Shown in pieces: positions 1 to 14,437 of a DNA stretch of 64,000 nt. The stretch comes from the human T2T-CHM13v2.0 reference genome, Homo sapiens. The translations under genes were made by a program, and so were the position numbers. Positions within the stretch are counted from its first letter, which is position 1. Each line of letters opens with the position of its first letter. Location of the stretch: NCBI RefSeq assembly GCF_009914755.1, contig NC_060930.1. One strand, written 5' to 3'. The notes below the pieces were generated by a model. The model was not told the origin of the DNA and ran no database searches. It was given only the letters and a program-made list of their open reading frames with translations.

Positions 1-298
1 TCCCTGGTTTCACGGATAAAAGAGACCACTCTAGATCAGGGCATTCCGGCTGGTCCCAGGAGTCCTCACATGGGGCATCACAGGCTGCTGAGGTTATCTG
101 GAATCTTGAATTGCCTTGGAAGCATCCTCATTCTTCTAGGATCTTATAACCGTGGGGTCCTGGGATCTTAGGAGTCTGATACATGCAGAGTCAATTCCCA
201 GGACAGGCAGCCTCTGGAGCCCTGCCTCAGTTGTTCAATCATCAACTGTGGGAGGAGGGCCCAGAAGCCATGCTGTGCACAGAGACAAAGGTCCTGGG

Positions 299-772
299 AC
301 AGAGGCCATGCTCACCATGCAGAACCCATGGGCAGAGGCCACGGTCACCACACAGAACCCACGGGCAGAGACCACGGTCACCACACAGAACCCATGTGCA
401 GAGCCCATACTCACCACACAGAACCCACGGACACAGCCCATGCTCACGACACAGAACCCACAGGGAGAGGTCACGCTTACCACACAGAACTCATGGTCAG
501 AGGCCACGCTCACCACGCAGAACCCACAGGCAGAGGCCACACTCACCAAGCAGAACCCACAGTCAGAGACCATGCTCGGCACGTGGAACCCATGGGCAGA
601 GGCCTCACCATGCAGAACCCACGAGCAGAGGCCACACTAACCATGCAGAACCTAGGGAAGAGGCCAGGCTCACCACGCAGAACCCACGGGAAGAGGCCAC
701 CCTCACCATGCAGAGCCATGTGCAGAGGCCACGCTCACCACACAGAACCCACGCTCACCATGCAGAGCCATG
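299..772. repeat. Degenerate 33-bp minisatellite (VNTR), ~14 units, consensus ~GCAGAGGCCACGCTCACCACACAGAACCCA(T/C)GG
   Basis: CAGAACCCA and CTCACCA recur at ~33-bp spacing. The ORF translations show an 11-aa period (TTQNPRAETTV). Confidence 0.93.
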
Positions 773-1566
773 GGCCGACTAATCAGAAGACCAGAGCCAG
801 TTAGGACTGTTAACTGCTTTATTTTCACTGCCCAAAAGAAATTCTCTCTTTTTTCTTCCAACTCTAATTATCAAACAAATACTATATTATGTTTTATTGA
901 AAGATATTTTGTTTTAACTTTACCAAATTCTGTGCAGAAGTACTGGACACCATTTCCATTTTCCCAATGAAGGGGATCCCTTTTGAGGAGCAGAAAGACA
1001 TAAAACTCTGACATGGCACACACAGAGGGGAGGAGCTTGCAAACGGGGGAAATCTGAGGCAAGTCTCAAAATATGAAAAACAGTTGCTGCTTCTGGCCCC
1101 CTGATGGATGAACCACTACTTCTTACTTTTAAGTTGTTCCTCACAGCATTCCTGGACCCAGCTCACAGGTCAGTGGTTACTCAGCTAGAAAGAGCTGGAG
1201 TTTACCATCCAAGGTAGCTGTGGCAAGCTGTAATTGAAAATAAAATACCATGTAATTCCAATCGCCTTTTATTAATTGATAACTCTATAAGAAAATAAGC
1301 CCAAAGTGTGTTATTTTCCTTATTTTTAATGTTCTGGAACATCGAGTAAAATACATTAACATAGTAGAATCTATATATACAACAGATATTATGCTGATGA
1401 TTAATTAATTCAAACTACATTTCACTGCTGTTTTAATAATTTTAGGTGCCCTGGTCAGAGCCGATCCCTCTATGGTGCACAAAAGGGCATGGAACATCCT
1501 GGTTAGCGCCTACACACCTCCTTCCAGGCAGAGCTGAGGAGCTGGCCGCAGGAGAGCACTCCTGAC

Positions 1567-1623
1567 GGAGGAGGAGGAGGAGGAGGAGGAGGAGGAGGAG
1601 GAGGAGGAGGAGGTGGTGGTGGT
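1567..1623. repeat. Compound trinucleotide microsatellite (GGA)15(GGT)4
   Basis: Read directly from the sequence. Confidence 0.97.
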
Positions 1624-2139
1624 GCCAGGAATCCACCCCACCCAGATAGCAACTGTACTGGCAAACTCTGATGTACGTACTTCCAGTACTTTCAATTTAT
1701 GGAGTCTGTTGAAGGCTTGCAACTTCCAGAGGAAGACTTGAACTATAAACTGTGGTTAATTTTTGTCAACTTCAGATTCTGGCACATTAGCAGCTCCACC
1801 TCCCTGACCCCACCCTCATGCACACCTTTCAAAAGTGGTCTCCATAGGGCCTGCAGAACCCAGGATGGGCAGAAAGCACCCATCCTCCAAATGTCAGGGA
1901 CCTGTTCTCTGATCAGCGATGGATGCTTCTTCTTACAGAGGGTGCAAATAGGCGAGCAGCCATTGTTACTGTTCCCACATGGCTACAAGCCCCTTTCCTC
2001 CAGGAGAAGCAACTTCCAGGGCATTGAAGGAGTCAGCGCCCTTGACCCTCCAATTTTCTCTTCCCCCTATAGGAGCCAGACAGTAAAAAATGTATAGGAG
2101 CCAGACATTCAAAAACAACTATGTACTTGGGAAAAATTA

Positions 2140-2520
<381 letters not shown>

Positions 2521-4278
2521 CTACAACAATCAAAATAAACAAAAATAAACAAAACAATGACAAAAAAAATCAAACCCAGGAGAAGGGGGAGAACTTTACT
2601 TCAGAATTATCACAATACTAGATTCAACTGTCAAGTTTTCAATTAAAAGATCACAAGGCATTCAAAGAAATAGGAAAGTATGGCCTATTCAGAGGAAAAA
2701 GATAAACAAATTAATAGAAATTGCCTCTGAAAGCAATCTGATGGCACTTCTACAGCACAACGACTTTAAAACAATTGTTTTCAATTACTGAAACAATTAA
2801 GAGAGATGTGGATAAAGTGAGGAAAATTATGTATGAACAAAATGGAAATATCAATAAAAAGAGAACCTAAAACGAAACAAAAAAATTTTCAAGCTAAAAA
2901 TATAAAATAATTGAAATAAAGTATTTACTAGAGGAATTCAAAGGCAGGTTTGAGCAGGTGAAGAAAAAATAGAAACTATCAAGTCTGAGGCACAGAAAGA
3001 AAAAAAGCACTGAAAAAAGTGAACAGAGCCTAAAGGGAATGTGGGACACCATCAAAGGGACCAACTTATGCATTGCAGGAGAAGAAATAACAGTTGAAAA
3101 CTCCCAAATTTGATTTTATGAAATGGCTATAAATGTATATATATACATTTATATATGTATATAAATGTATACATATAAATGTATATCCAAGAAGTTCAAT
3201 AAATTCCAACTAAGAGGAACTCAAAAAGTCCCACACTGAGACACATCATCATCAAACTTTCAAAGGCCAAAGGCAAAGAGAGAATTCTGGAAGGAACAAG
3301 AGAAAAGTCTTATCACACACAAAGGATTCTCTGAGATTATCAGCAGATTTCTCATAATAAACTTTGCAGACCACAAGGCAATGGTCTTTTTCCCTGGGCT
3401 AAAATAAAACTCAAACAAAAAAACCCCCAAAAAACTCTCAACCAAGAATCTTATACCAGCAAAGTTGCCCTTCAAAAGTAAGGGAAAAATTAAGACATTC
3501 CCAGATAAATGAAGCTGAGGAAGTTTGTTACCACTAGACCTGCCCTGCCAGAAATGTGTACGGGAGCCCCACAAGGTGAAATAAAAGGACCCTAGACAGG
3601 AATTTGAAGGTGTATGAAAAAATAAAGACCTTAATAAAGGTAAGTACATGGGCAGTTATAAAAGCTAGTATTATTATAGCAACACTGTATAACTCCACTT
3701 TTTGTTTTCCACATGATTTAAGAGACTAAAACATTAAAAAAACTATTAGTCTAAAAGCTAGTATTATCATAACTTTGGTTTGTAACCCCACATTTTATTT
3801 TCTAAATAATTGAAGACACTAATGCATTTAAAAGAATCACTACTTTATGTTTTGGAGAACAAAATATGTAAAAATGTAATTTTGTGATATCAACAACTGA
3901 TGGGTGGGGACAGAGATGTAAAGAAACATAATTTTTTGTGTTACTGAAATTCACTGGTATAAATTCAAACTAGAGTGTTATAACTTTAGAATACTACATG
4001 TAATTCCCATGGTAGCCACAAAGAAAACAGCTATAAAATATACATAAAAGAAATTGAGAAAGAAACTGAAGCATTTACCTAAAAAATTTACTTAACAGAA
4101 GAGAAGGCAGTAATGCAGAAAATAAGGGACAAAAAACTATCAGGTATATTGAAAACAAACAGAAACATGACAGTAGTTAAGTCCCTCGTCATCAGTAATT
4201 AGTTTAAATGTAAATGGATTAAATTCTCCAATGAGAAGGCAGATTGACAGAATGGATTAAAAACACATAATTCAACTA

Positions 4279-4516
4279 TAGTTGCCTCTCAATATACTTG
4301 GGGTATTAGTTCCAGGAACTCCCATATAAAATAAAATTTGCACATACTCAAGTCCCATAGTTGGCCCTGTAAAGCCTGCATATACAAAAACTTGGCCTTC
4401 CATATATGCGAGTTTTACATCCCATAAATACTGCAATTTTTATTTGCATTGGTTAAAGAAATCCACATACAAGCAGACCTGCACAGTTTGAACCCATGTT
4501 GTTCAAGTGTCAGTTG
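4279..4516 (+). mobile_element. MER8 (Tigger-family non-autonomous DNA transposon) inserted in L1 ORF2
   Basis: Matches the recalled MER8 consensus (GTTCCAGGA...CATACTCAAGTCCC...GTTGTTCAAG.GTCA..TG), ~240 bp, preceded by TA. Confidence 0.82.
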
Positions 4517-5769
4517 CATAAGCTGTCGTATGCATTCCTTTTGAATGGAATGGTGATCAAAAGAAAGCAGGGGTAGATACACCAATAACAGAAAAAAAAA
4601 AGCTTTAAGTCAAAAAGGCTAAAAGAAACAAAATAGGACATTACAGATTAATAAAAGCTATAATACAAAGAAATATAAATATTATAAACATTTACATACC
4701 TAATAACAGACCATCAAAATATATGAAGCAAAAACTAGTAGAATTTAAGGAAGAAATAAACAGTTTTACAATAATAGCTGGAGGTCTCAATACTCCTCTT
4801 CTAATAATGGATAGGACAACCAGACAGAACACAGGTAAGGACATAGAGAATTTACACAACATGATAAACCAAGTAGATCTGCTAAACACTTTACCAAACA
4901 AGAACAGCATACATCTTCTTCTCAAGTGCACATGGGACATTTTCCCAAAATAGATCATATGTTAAGCCACAAATTAAATCTCAATAGATTTAAAAAGATA
5001 AACATCATACACAGTATCTTCTCTGACCATATAGGATGAATTTAGAAATTGATAATATAAGTTAAACCTGAAAAGTCAAAAACTGTGGAAATTAAATGAC
5101 ACACTCAAACTACCAAGGGATCAAAGAAGAAATAATAAGAAAATCAGAAAATACTTAGAGATGAATAAAAATAACACACCATGCAAAAAATCTGTGACAC
5201 AGCAAGAGCAATGTTAAGGGGGGAATTTATAGCTATAAATGCTTGTATTAAAAAAAAAAAAAAACAAGAAGAGCCAAATCAGCAACCTAACTTTACAACT
5301 TTGCAAAGTAGAGAAAGAACAACAAGTGTTATCACAAAGCTAGCAGAGGAAGTAAATAAGAAAGATCAGAGCAAAAATAAACAAAATGGAGAAAAGAAAA
5401 ACAGAGAAAAACAAGGAAACAAAAAAATGATTCAATGAAAAGAAAAACGAAATTAAGAAACCTCTAACTATATGGACTAAGAAAAATAAATAAGTGAGTC
5501 TTATTTATAAGTGAGTAATTTGAGTAATTACTCAAATCAGAAATGAAAGTTATGGACATTACTACTAATTCTTCAGAAATAAAATCATTGTAAGAAAGTA
5601 CTATTAACAATTGTATGCCAACATATTGGATACCCTAGATAAAATGTACACATTCCCAGAATCACAAAACTTACCAAGACTGAATCACAAAATTTGAATA
5701 GACCTATAACTGGTGAGGAAATTGAATCAGTAACCAAAAAAAAAAAACTCCTGATAAAGAAAAATCTTA

Positions 5770-6122
<353 letters not shown>

Positions 6123-6585
6123 CTAGACTCGATGGCTTTGCCAGTGAATTCTACCAAATATCTGAAGAAGAATTAACACCATTTTTTCTGAAACTTTTAC
6201 AAAAAACTGAGGAGAAAGAAACATTTCCTATCTCATTCCCCCAATACCAAGGCCAAATAAGATTCCACAAGAAAACAGACCCATATTCCTTATGAACACT
6301 GATGTATAAATCCTCAACAAAATACTAGCAAATGGAATTCAGCAGCATATTAAAATGATTATGCATCAAGACAAATTGGAATTTATTCCTGGAATCCAAA
6401 GATGGTTCAACAAAAATTGATCAATGCAATAAATGTCATTAATAAAATTAATGATACAAAACCCACATGATCATCTCAATTTATGCAGAAAAAGCATTTG
6501 ACAAATTCAACACATTTTCATAATTTAAAAAACCCCCAACAAACTAAGAATAGAAGGAAGTTACATCAACACAATAAAAGCTGTA

Positions 6586-7007
6586 TATATTACTTCATTT
6601 TGTGCTGCTATAAAAGACTACCAGACTGGGTAACTTATAAACAAGCAAACAACCAACAACAAAAAAAGTATGTCTCATCGTTCTGGAGATAGGAATTCCA
6701 AGATCAAGCTGTTAGCAAGTTGGTACCCACTAAGAGCCTGGTTTCCATTTCTAAGATGGCATCTTGAAAACTACAACTTCCAAAGGGGAGGAATACTATT
6801 CCTTACATGGAAGAAGAAGAGTGGAATAGCCAAAAGGGCAGAGGGGGGTGTCAAACTTGCCCTTTGATATCAGCCACCAATCTCACCCATACGGATGAAG
6901 CTCTCATAAGCTAGGCACTTCTTAAAGGTCCCACCTCTTAATACTGTCAAAATCACAATTATATTTTAATGTAAGTTTTGGAGGAGACAGACATTCAAAC
7001 CATAGCA
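6586..7007 (-). mobile_element. MaLR solo LTR (MSTC/MSTD-like) inserted in L1 ORF2
   Basis: TTTTGTGCTGCTATAA...AGACTGGGTAACTTATAAA at the left end and CATTCAAACCATAGCA at the right end. L1 sequence resumes on both sides. Confidence 0.85.
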
Positions 7008-8440
7008 TCACATATGAAAAACCAACCACAGGTCATTATACTCGATGGTGAAAGACTAAAAGCTTTTCCTTTAAGATCAGGCACAAGGCAAGGATGCCCG
7101 CTTTCATCATTTATATTTAGAATGGTATCAAAGTTCAAGCCAGAGCATTTGGGCATGCAAAATAAATTAAAAGTACCCAAATTGAAAAGGAAATAAAATT
7201 ATTTCTGTTCACAGATTATATGATCTTACAGATAGAAAACCCTACACATTCCACTCACAAAAAGCCTGTTAGAATTAATAAAATCAGCAAAATAGCATGA
7301 TATAAAGTCAACATGCAAAATCCAGTTGCATTTCTATAAACTAACAATGAGCAATCTGAAACTCTAAAAAGGAAATTATTAAAACAATTCCATTTAAAAT
7401 AGCATCAAAATAATAAAATACTTAGGAATTAACCAAGGTGATGAAATTAAATTGTACAATGAAAACTACAAAACATTGCTGAAGGAAACGAAAGACATTC
7501 ATTAAAACACTTCCCATGTTCATAAATTGGAATACTTAATATCACTAAAAAGTCTATATTACCCACAGTGATCTACAGATTCAATATGATCCCTATCAAA
7601 ATCCCAATGACATTTTTTACAGAAGTAGAACAACCCATTTTGAAATTCATATGAAACTCTGAATAGTAAAAACAATCTTGAAAAGGAAGAACAAAACTGG
7701 AGGATTCACACTTTCTGATTTCAAAACTTACTATTAATACATATCTTCAATAATCAAAACAAGATGTCACTGGCATAAAGATCGACCTATAGACAAATGG
7801 GATAGAATAGAAGGCCCAAAGGTAAACTTTCACATATATGGGTCAAATTATTTTTGAGAAGGGCTCCAAGACCATTCAATGGAGAAAAGACAACCTTTAC
7901 AACAAATGGTGCTTGGAAAAATAGACATCCACACGCAAAAGAATGAAGCTGGATCCTTTCCTTACAGCACAGAGAAAAACTACCTCAAAATGCATCAAAG
8001 ACGTAAATGTGAGATCCAAAATAATAAAATTTTAGAATAAAATATAGACAAACAGCTTCCAGAATTAGGGTTGGCAATGATCTATTGGATATGACAACAA
8101 AGGCCCAGGCAATCAGAGAAAAAATAGACAAGTGGAAAAATTTTTTAAGTTTGTGCATAAAAAGGTACTATTAAAAGAGTGAAATAGCATCCACAGAATT
8201 TAAGAAAATATTTGCAAATCATCTACCTGACAAGAAGCAAATTTGGTGTCTGGTAACAGCCTACTCTCCACTTCTAACAAGGGATGTCTGACAAAGAATT
8301 AATATCCAGGATATATAGAGGAGCCCTAAAACTAAACAACATAATCAAACAGCCCAATTTAAACAATGGACAAGAGACTTGAATAGACATTCCTCCAAAG
8401 AAGATATACAAATGCGCAAGAAGCACATGAAAAGATGCTC

Positions 8441-8888
<448 letters not shown>

Positions 8889-9863
8889 GAAAAGATGCTC
8901 AACATCACTCATCATTTGTAAAATGCAAATCAAAACTACAAGGAGATGCCATCTCACACTCATTAGGACATGACTATTAAAAAAACAAAATAAAAAGTGT
9001 CAGTGAGGCTGTGGAGAAAGTTAAACTTTTGTTCATTGTTGGTGGGAATGTAAAATGGTGCAGCTGCTATGAAAACAGTATGAATTTTTTTCAAAAAATT
9101 AAAAACAAAATTATCATATTATCCAGCAATTTCACCTCTGGGTATATATGCAAAAGAACTGAACGTAGGGTCTCTAGGAGATATTTCTACACTTATGTTT
9201 ATAGCAGCATTCTTAACAACAGCTAAAACATGGAGGCAATCCAAGCATCCATCAATGGATAAATGGATAAGCAAAGTGTGGACCACACAATGGCAAATTA
9301 TTCAGTCTTAAAAATGAAGGAAAGTCTGGCACAGGCTAAAACATAAATGAACCTTGAGGACATTATGCAAAGTGAAATAAAGCAGTCACAAAAAGATAAA
9401 TGTGAGGTACCTAAATAGTCAAAATCAGAGATACAGGAAGTAGAATGGTTGTTGCCAGGGACTGAGGAAGGGGATGGGGAATTATTACTTAATGGGCATG
9501 AAGTTTCAGGCTTACAAGATAGAATTGTGGAGAGGGATAGTGGTGGTGACTGTAGAATGTGATGAATATATTTAACACCACTCACTATAGACTTAAGAAT
9601 GGTTAAGATGATGAATTTTATGTGTATTTTACCACAATAGAAAATTGGGAAAAGAAATACATTTCTATAACTTCTTACTATTATTTGTAATGGGGTTTCA
9701 GGTCGAGAGGAGCCCAGAACATGGGTCTCTTGCCCCGTTTCTGTCCAGAAAAGCAGAGACGGCTCACCCAATATATTGGTTAGGATAAAAAATGAGTCAT
9801 GCCCATCCTCACACTTTTTTTGGAGGGAGTCAGCTTAATAAGGCCAGCTCTCTTATATGCCGT

Positions 9864-12247
9864 AGTATTAGTCTGTTTTCACACTGCTATAAAGAACTGC
9901 CTGAGACTGGGTAATTTATAAAGGAAAGAAGTTTAATTGACTCAGATTTCCACATGGCTGGGGAGACCACAGGAAACTTACAATCATGGTGGAAGGGGAA
10001 GCAAACACGTCCTTCTTCACATGTCAGCAAAAAGGAGAAGTACTGAGCAAAGGGGGAAAAACCCCTTATAAAACCATCAGATCTCATGAGAATTCACTCA
10101 TCATCATGAGAACAAATGAGGGTAACTGCTCCCACAATTCAATTACCTCCCACTGGGTCTCTCCCACAACATGTGGGGATTATGGAAACTACAATTCAAG
10201 ATGAGATTTGGGTGGGGACACAGCCAAACCAATCAAACAGCATGGGGGCAACCACCCCCATGATCCAATCACCTCCCACCAGGTCTCTCCCTAGACACAT
10301 GGGGATTATGAGGATTACAATTTAAGATGAGATTTGGGTGGAGACATAGCCAAACCAAATTATTCTGCCCCGGCTCCTCCCAAATCTCATGTCTTCACAT
10401 TTCAAAACACAATCATGCTTTTCCAACAGTCCCCCAAAGTCTTAACTCATTCCAGCATTAACCCAAAAGTTCAAGTCCAAAGTCTCATCTGAGACAAGCC
10501 AAGTCCCTTTGACCTATGAGACTGTAAAATCAAAAGCAAGTTAGTTACTTCCCAGACCCAATGGGAGTATAGACATTGGGTAAATACCCATTTCAAATGG
10601 AAGAAATTGGCCAAAACAAAGGGGCTACAGGTCCCAGAAGAGTCCAAAATCCAGTGGGGCAGCCAAATCTTAAAGCTCCAAAAATCATCTCCTTTGACTC
10701 CATGTCTCACATCCCAGTCATGCTCATTAGAGGCAGGTTCCCATGAACTTGCATAGCTCCACCCCTGTGGCTTTGCAGGGTACAGCCTCCCACCCAGCTG
10801 TTTTCACGGGCTAGAACAGAGTGTCTGCAGCTTTTCCAGAAGCATGGTGCAAGCTGTTGGTGGGTCTACCATTCTGGGGTCTGGAGGATGGTGGCCCTCT
10901 TCTCACAGCTCCACTAGGCAGTGCCCCAGTGGGGACTCTGTAGGGGCTCCAAACCCACATTTTCCTTCTGCACTGTCCTAGTAGGGGTTCTTCATGAGGG
11001 CCCCACTCCTGCAGCAAACTTCTGCCTGGACATTCAGGTGTTTCCATACATCCTTGAAATAAAGGTGGAGGCTCCCAAACCTCAATTCTTGACTTCTGTG
11101 CATCTGCAGGCCCAACACCATGTGTAAGCTGCCAAGGCTTGGGGTTTCCACCCTCTGAAGCAATGGCCTGAGCTGTATGTTGGCCCCTTTTAGCCACGGC
11201 TGTGATGCAGGGCACCAAGTCCTGAGACTGCACAAAGCAGCAAAGCCCTGGGACCAGCCCATAAAGCCATGTTTTCCTCCTAGGCCCTTGGGCCTGTGAT
11301 GGGAGGCACTGCCATGAAGAGCTCTGACATGCCCTGAAGACATTTTCCCCATTGTCTTGGTGATTAACATTTAGCTCCTCATTACTTATGCAAATTTCTG
11401 CAGCCAGTTTGAATTTCTCCTCAGAAAATACGTTTTTGTTTTCTGTCACATTGTTAGGCTGCAAATTTTCTGAACTTTTATGCTCTGCTTTCCTTTTAAA
11501 CGTAAGTTCCAATTCCAAACCATATCTTTGTGAATACATAAAACTTGATGCTTTTAAGAGCATCCAAGTCGCATCTTGAACACTTTGCAGCTTAGAAACT
11601 TCTTCCGCCAGATACCCTAAATCATCTGTCTCAAGTTTAAAGTTCCATAGATCTCTAGGGCATAGGCAAAATGCTGCCCATCTCTTTGCTACAGTGTAAC
11701 AAGAGGGACCTTTACTCCAGTTCCCAAAAAGTTTCTCATCTCCATCTGAGACCACATCACCCTGAACTTCATTGTCCATCATTGTCCATATCACTATCAG
11801 CATTTTGGTCAAGGCCATTCAACAAGTCTTTAGGAAATTCCAAACGTTCTCACATCTTCCTGTCTTCTTCTGAGCCCTCCAAACTCTTTCAACCTCTGCC
11901 TGTTACACAGTTTCAAAGTTGCTGTAAAGATACCCAAAGAGGTTTACCTGACTCACAGTTCTGCAGTGCTGGGGAGGCCTCAGGAAACTTTCTGTCATGG
12001 CACAAGGGAAAGCAAACATGTCCTTCTTCACATGATGGTAGGAGGAGAATTGCTGAGAAAAAGGGGGAAATCCCCTTACAAAACCATCAGATCTTGTGAA
12101 AACTTACTTGCTATCATGAGAATAGCATGGAGGTAACCACCACCATGATTCAATTACCTCCCACCAGGTCCCTCCCATGACACATGGGGATTGTGGGAAC
12201 TACAGTTCAAGATGAGATTTGGGCAGGGACACAGCAAAATCATATCA
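9864..12247 (-). mobile_element. Two-LTR THE1 (THE1C/D-like) MaLR retrotransposon: LTR 9864-10343, internal ~10344-11921, partly deleted LTR 11922-12247
   Basis: THE1 LTR motifs (GAGACTGGGTAATTTATAAAGGAAA; GATGAGATTTGGG..GGGACACAGC..AA.CATATCA), THE1-int sequence, and a 5-bp TSD GCCGT/GCTGT. Confidence 0.93.
10811..11818 (-). pseudogene. Remnant of the MaLR (THE1-int) internal ORF, open for 335 codons
   Basis: The translation (VSDGDEKLFGNWSKG...AAFCLCPRDLWNFKLETDDLGYLAEEVSKLQSVQD) matches the MST-int ORF at 62350-62841 in this window and the known MaLR internal ORF. Confidence 0.8.
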
Positions 12248-12333
12248 GCTGTCCACCAAATATTAACTTGGCGGGGCAGGATCTGCATTTTGAGGGTAAA
12301 TTCAGGAGAGTATTAACAAGCTCTTTTGCCAGA

Positions 12334-14437
12334 TGTCTCAGTCTGCTTAGGCTGCCATAACAAAATAACATAGATGGGGGGCCTAAACACAGATATGTAA
12401 TTCTCACAGTTCTGTAGGCTTGGAAATCCAAGACCAACTTGCCAACTTGGTTGAGTTCTGGTGATGGCTCTCTTCCTGGCTTGCGGAAGGATACCTTCTG
12501 ACTTTGTGTTCACATGGCCTTCCCTTGGCACATGTGGAGAGAAACATCTCTCTTTCTTCTTCTTTTATAATGTCTCCAATCTTATAGAATTAGGACTCCA
12601 CTCTTATGACCTCATGTAACCCTAATTTCCTCCTAAAAGGCCTATATCCAAACACAGTCATACTGGGGGTTGGGCCTTCCACATATAAATTTTGAGGAAA
12701 TACAAGTGCTTCAGAATATTCTGCCCTTGGCCCCTGTACACTCATGTTCTTCTTACATGTAAAATATATTCATTCCATCCAAACAGACACAAAAGTCTTA
12801 ACTCATTCCAGCATCAACTCTAAAGTCTAAAAGTCCAAAGTCTCATCTAAATCTCTATCTGTTAACCTTTGAAAACGAAAGTTATATTTTTCCAAATTAC
12901 AATGGTAGGACAGGCATAACATAGACATTCCCATCCCAAAAGGGAGAAACAGGAAAGAAGGAAGGGGTGACAGGTCCCAAGGAAGCCCAAAGCCTAGCAA
13001 GGCAAACTCCATTTAATTTTAAGGTTTGAGAAAAACCCTCTCAGCTTCATGCCCTGCCCTCAGGCCCACTGGGGTGGCAGCAGCATCTCCATGACTTGGA
13101 GAGTGGTCCCTCCCAAGGCACTGAGCAGGGACATTCCTGACCCACTAAAGCCAGACAAGCTGTACCCTGTGAAACCAAATGGGAATTAGCGCTGCCTGAT
13201 GGGGCCTGTGGTGGGAGTGGCAGCCCTGCTCACCACTGAATCATCTTCAGGATCATTCCCTTTTCTTGAGAAATAGTGCACATTTACAGCCAAAGAGCCC
13301 TACAGTTCTGTTTTATAGACTCCAAAGCACCTGACAGGCTTCCTTCATTCTGTTCCTCCTCTTTCTCTGTTCCCATTAGTTTACACTGGCAATGTTTCCA
13401 CTGGTATAATCCCATCTCTATTCCCAGCATCTGCTGAGATAGCTGATTAAGTCCATGAGTTACACCCATAATCTCTTTAACAAATGTTTTTTAGCCACAC
13501 CCTTAGTGGTCTTTTTAGAACAAGCTTTCCTATTTTTTGCCATACTGATAGGCTAATAATTTTCCAAATCTTCATTTTACTGTAAGCAATCAGGAGGAAC
13601 CATGCCATTCCTTCAATTGTTTGCTCAGAAACCTCCTCAGCTAAATATCCAATTCCATTGCTCACAAGTTCTACTTTGCACAAAATACTAGAATACAATT
13701 CAGCCAATTTCTTTGTTCCTTTATAACACAGATGATCTTTCCTCCAATTTTCAGTAACGTGATTTTCACTTCCATTTGAGACCCCACCAGATGGCCTCTA
13801 ACATTCCTGTTTTTACCCATATTCTGTTCATAATTATTTACATTCCCTCTCAGAAGATAGAAGCTTTCTCTCCAGCTCTCCTGTTTCCTTTCAGAACCCT
13901 CACCAGAGTCACCACTATTGTCTGCATCTGCAGCATGCACATCACAACTCCCCCAGACTCTATCCATCACCTTTCAATGGCACTTCCACATTCGTAAGTA
14001 TTTGTTACAGCAGCAGCACTCTACTTCCTGCTACTAAAATCTGTCTTAGTTCAAGCTGCTGTAACAAAATACCATATACTACATGGCTTGAAAAATAGAA
14101 ATTATCATTTGCAGTTCTGGAGCTAGAAGTCTGAGACCTAGATGCCAGGATGGTCACATTCTGGTGAGGACTTGCGCGGTTGCCTTCTCACTGTGTCCTC
14201 ACGTGACATTCCATCAGTTTACACATGAGTGGGAAGAGAGGGAGACAGACAGAAGAGAGATCTTTCTTCCTCTTCTTACAAAGCCAACAATTCTATCAGA
14301 TTAGGATCTCACCTCTATGAACTCTTTTAACCTTAATCACCTCCTAAAAGCCCTATCTCCAAGTATAGTGATGTCAGGGGCTAGAACTTCAACATAAAAA
14401 TTTTGGGGTAAAGGAGCATGCAATTTGGTCCATAGCA
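12334..14437 (-). mobile_element. Two-LTR MLT1A0-like MaLR element (LTRs ~12334-12718 and 14042-14437, internal region between)
   Basis: Both LTRs begin TGTCT(C/T)AGT..GCTGC..TAACAAAATA and the right one ends GTCCATAGCA. The internal translation has IGYLAEEVSEQ (MaLR motif). TSD CCAGA/CAAGA. Confidence 0.86.

Noticed and set aside
152-804. 162-, 199- and 158-aa ORFs as a mucin-like or repetitive protein gene
   Set aside because: They are by-products of a 33-bp VNTR that is open in several frames. There is no splice or promoter context and no recognisable family.
1442-1722. Poly-Leu signal-peptide-like and poly-Ser ORFs
   Set aside because: They are translations of the (GGA)n microsatellite.
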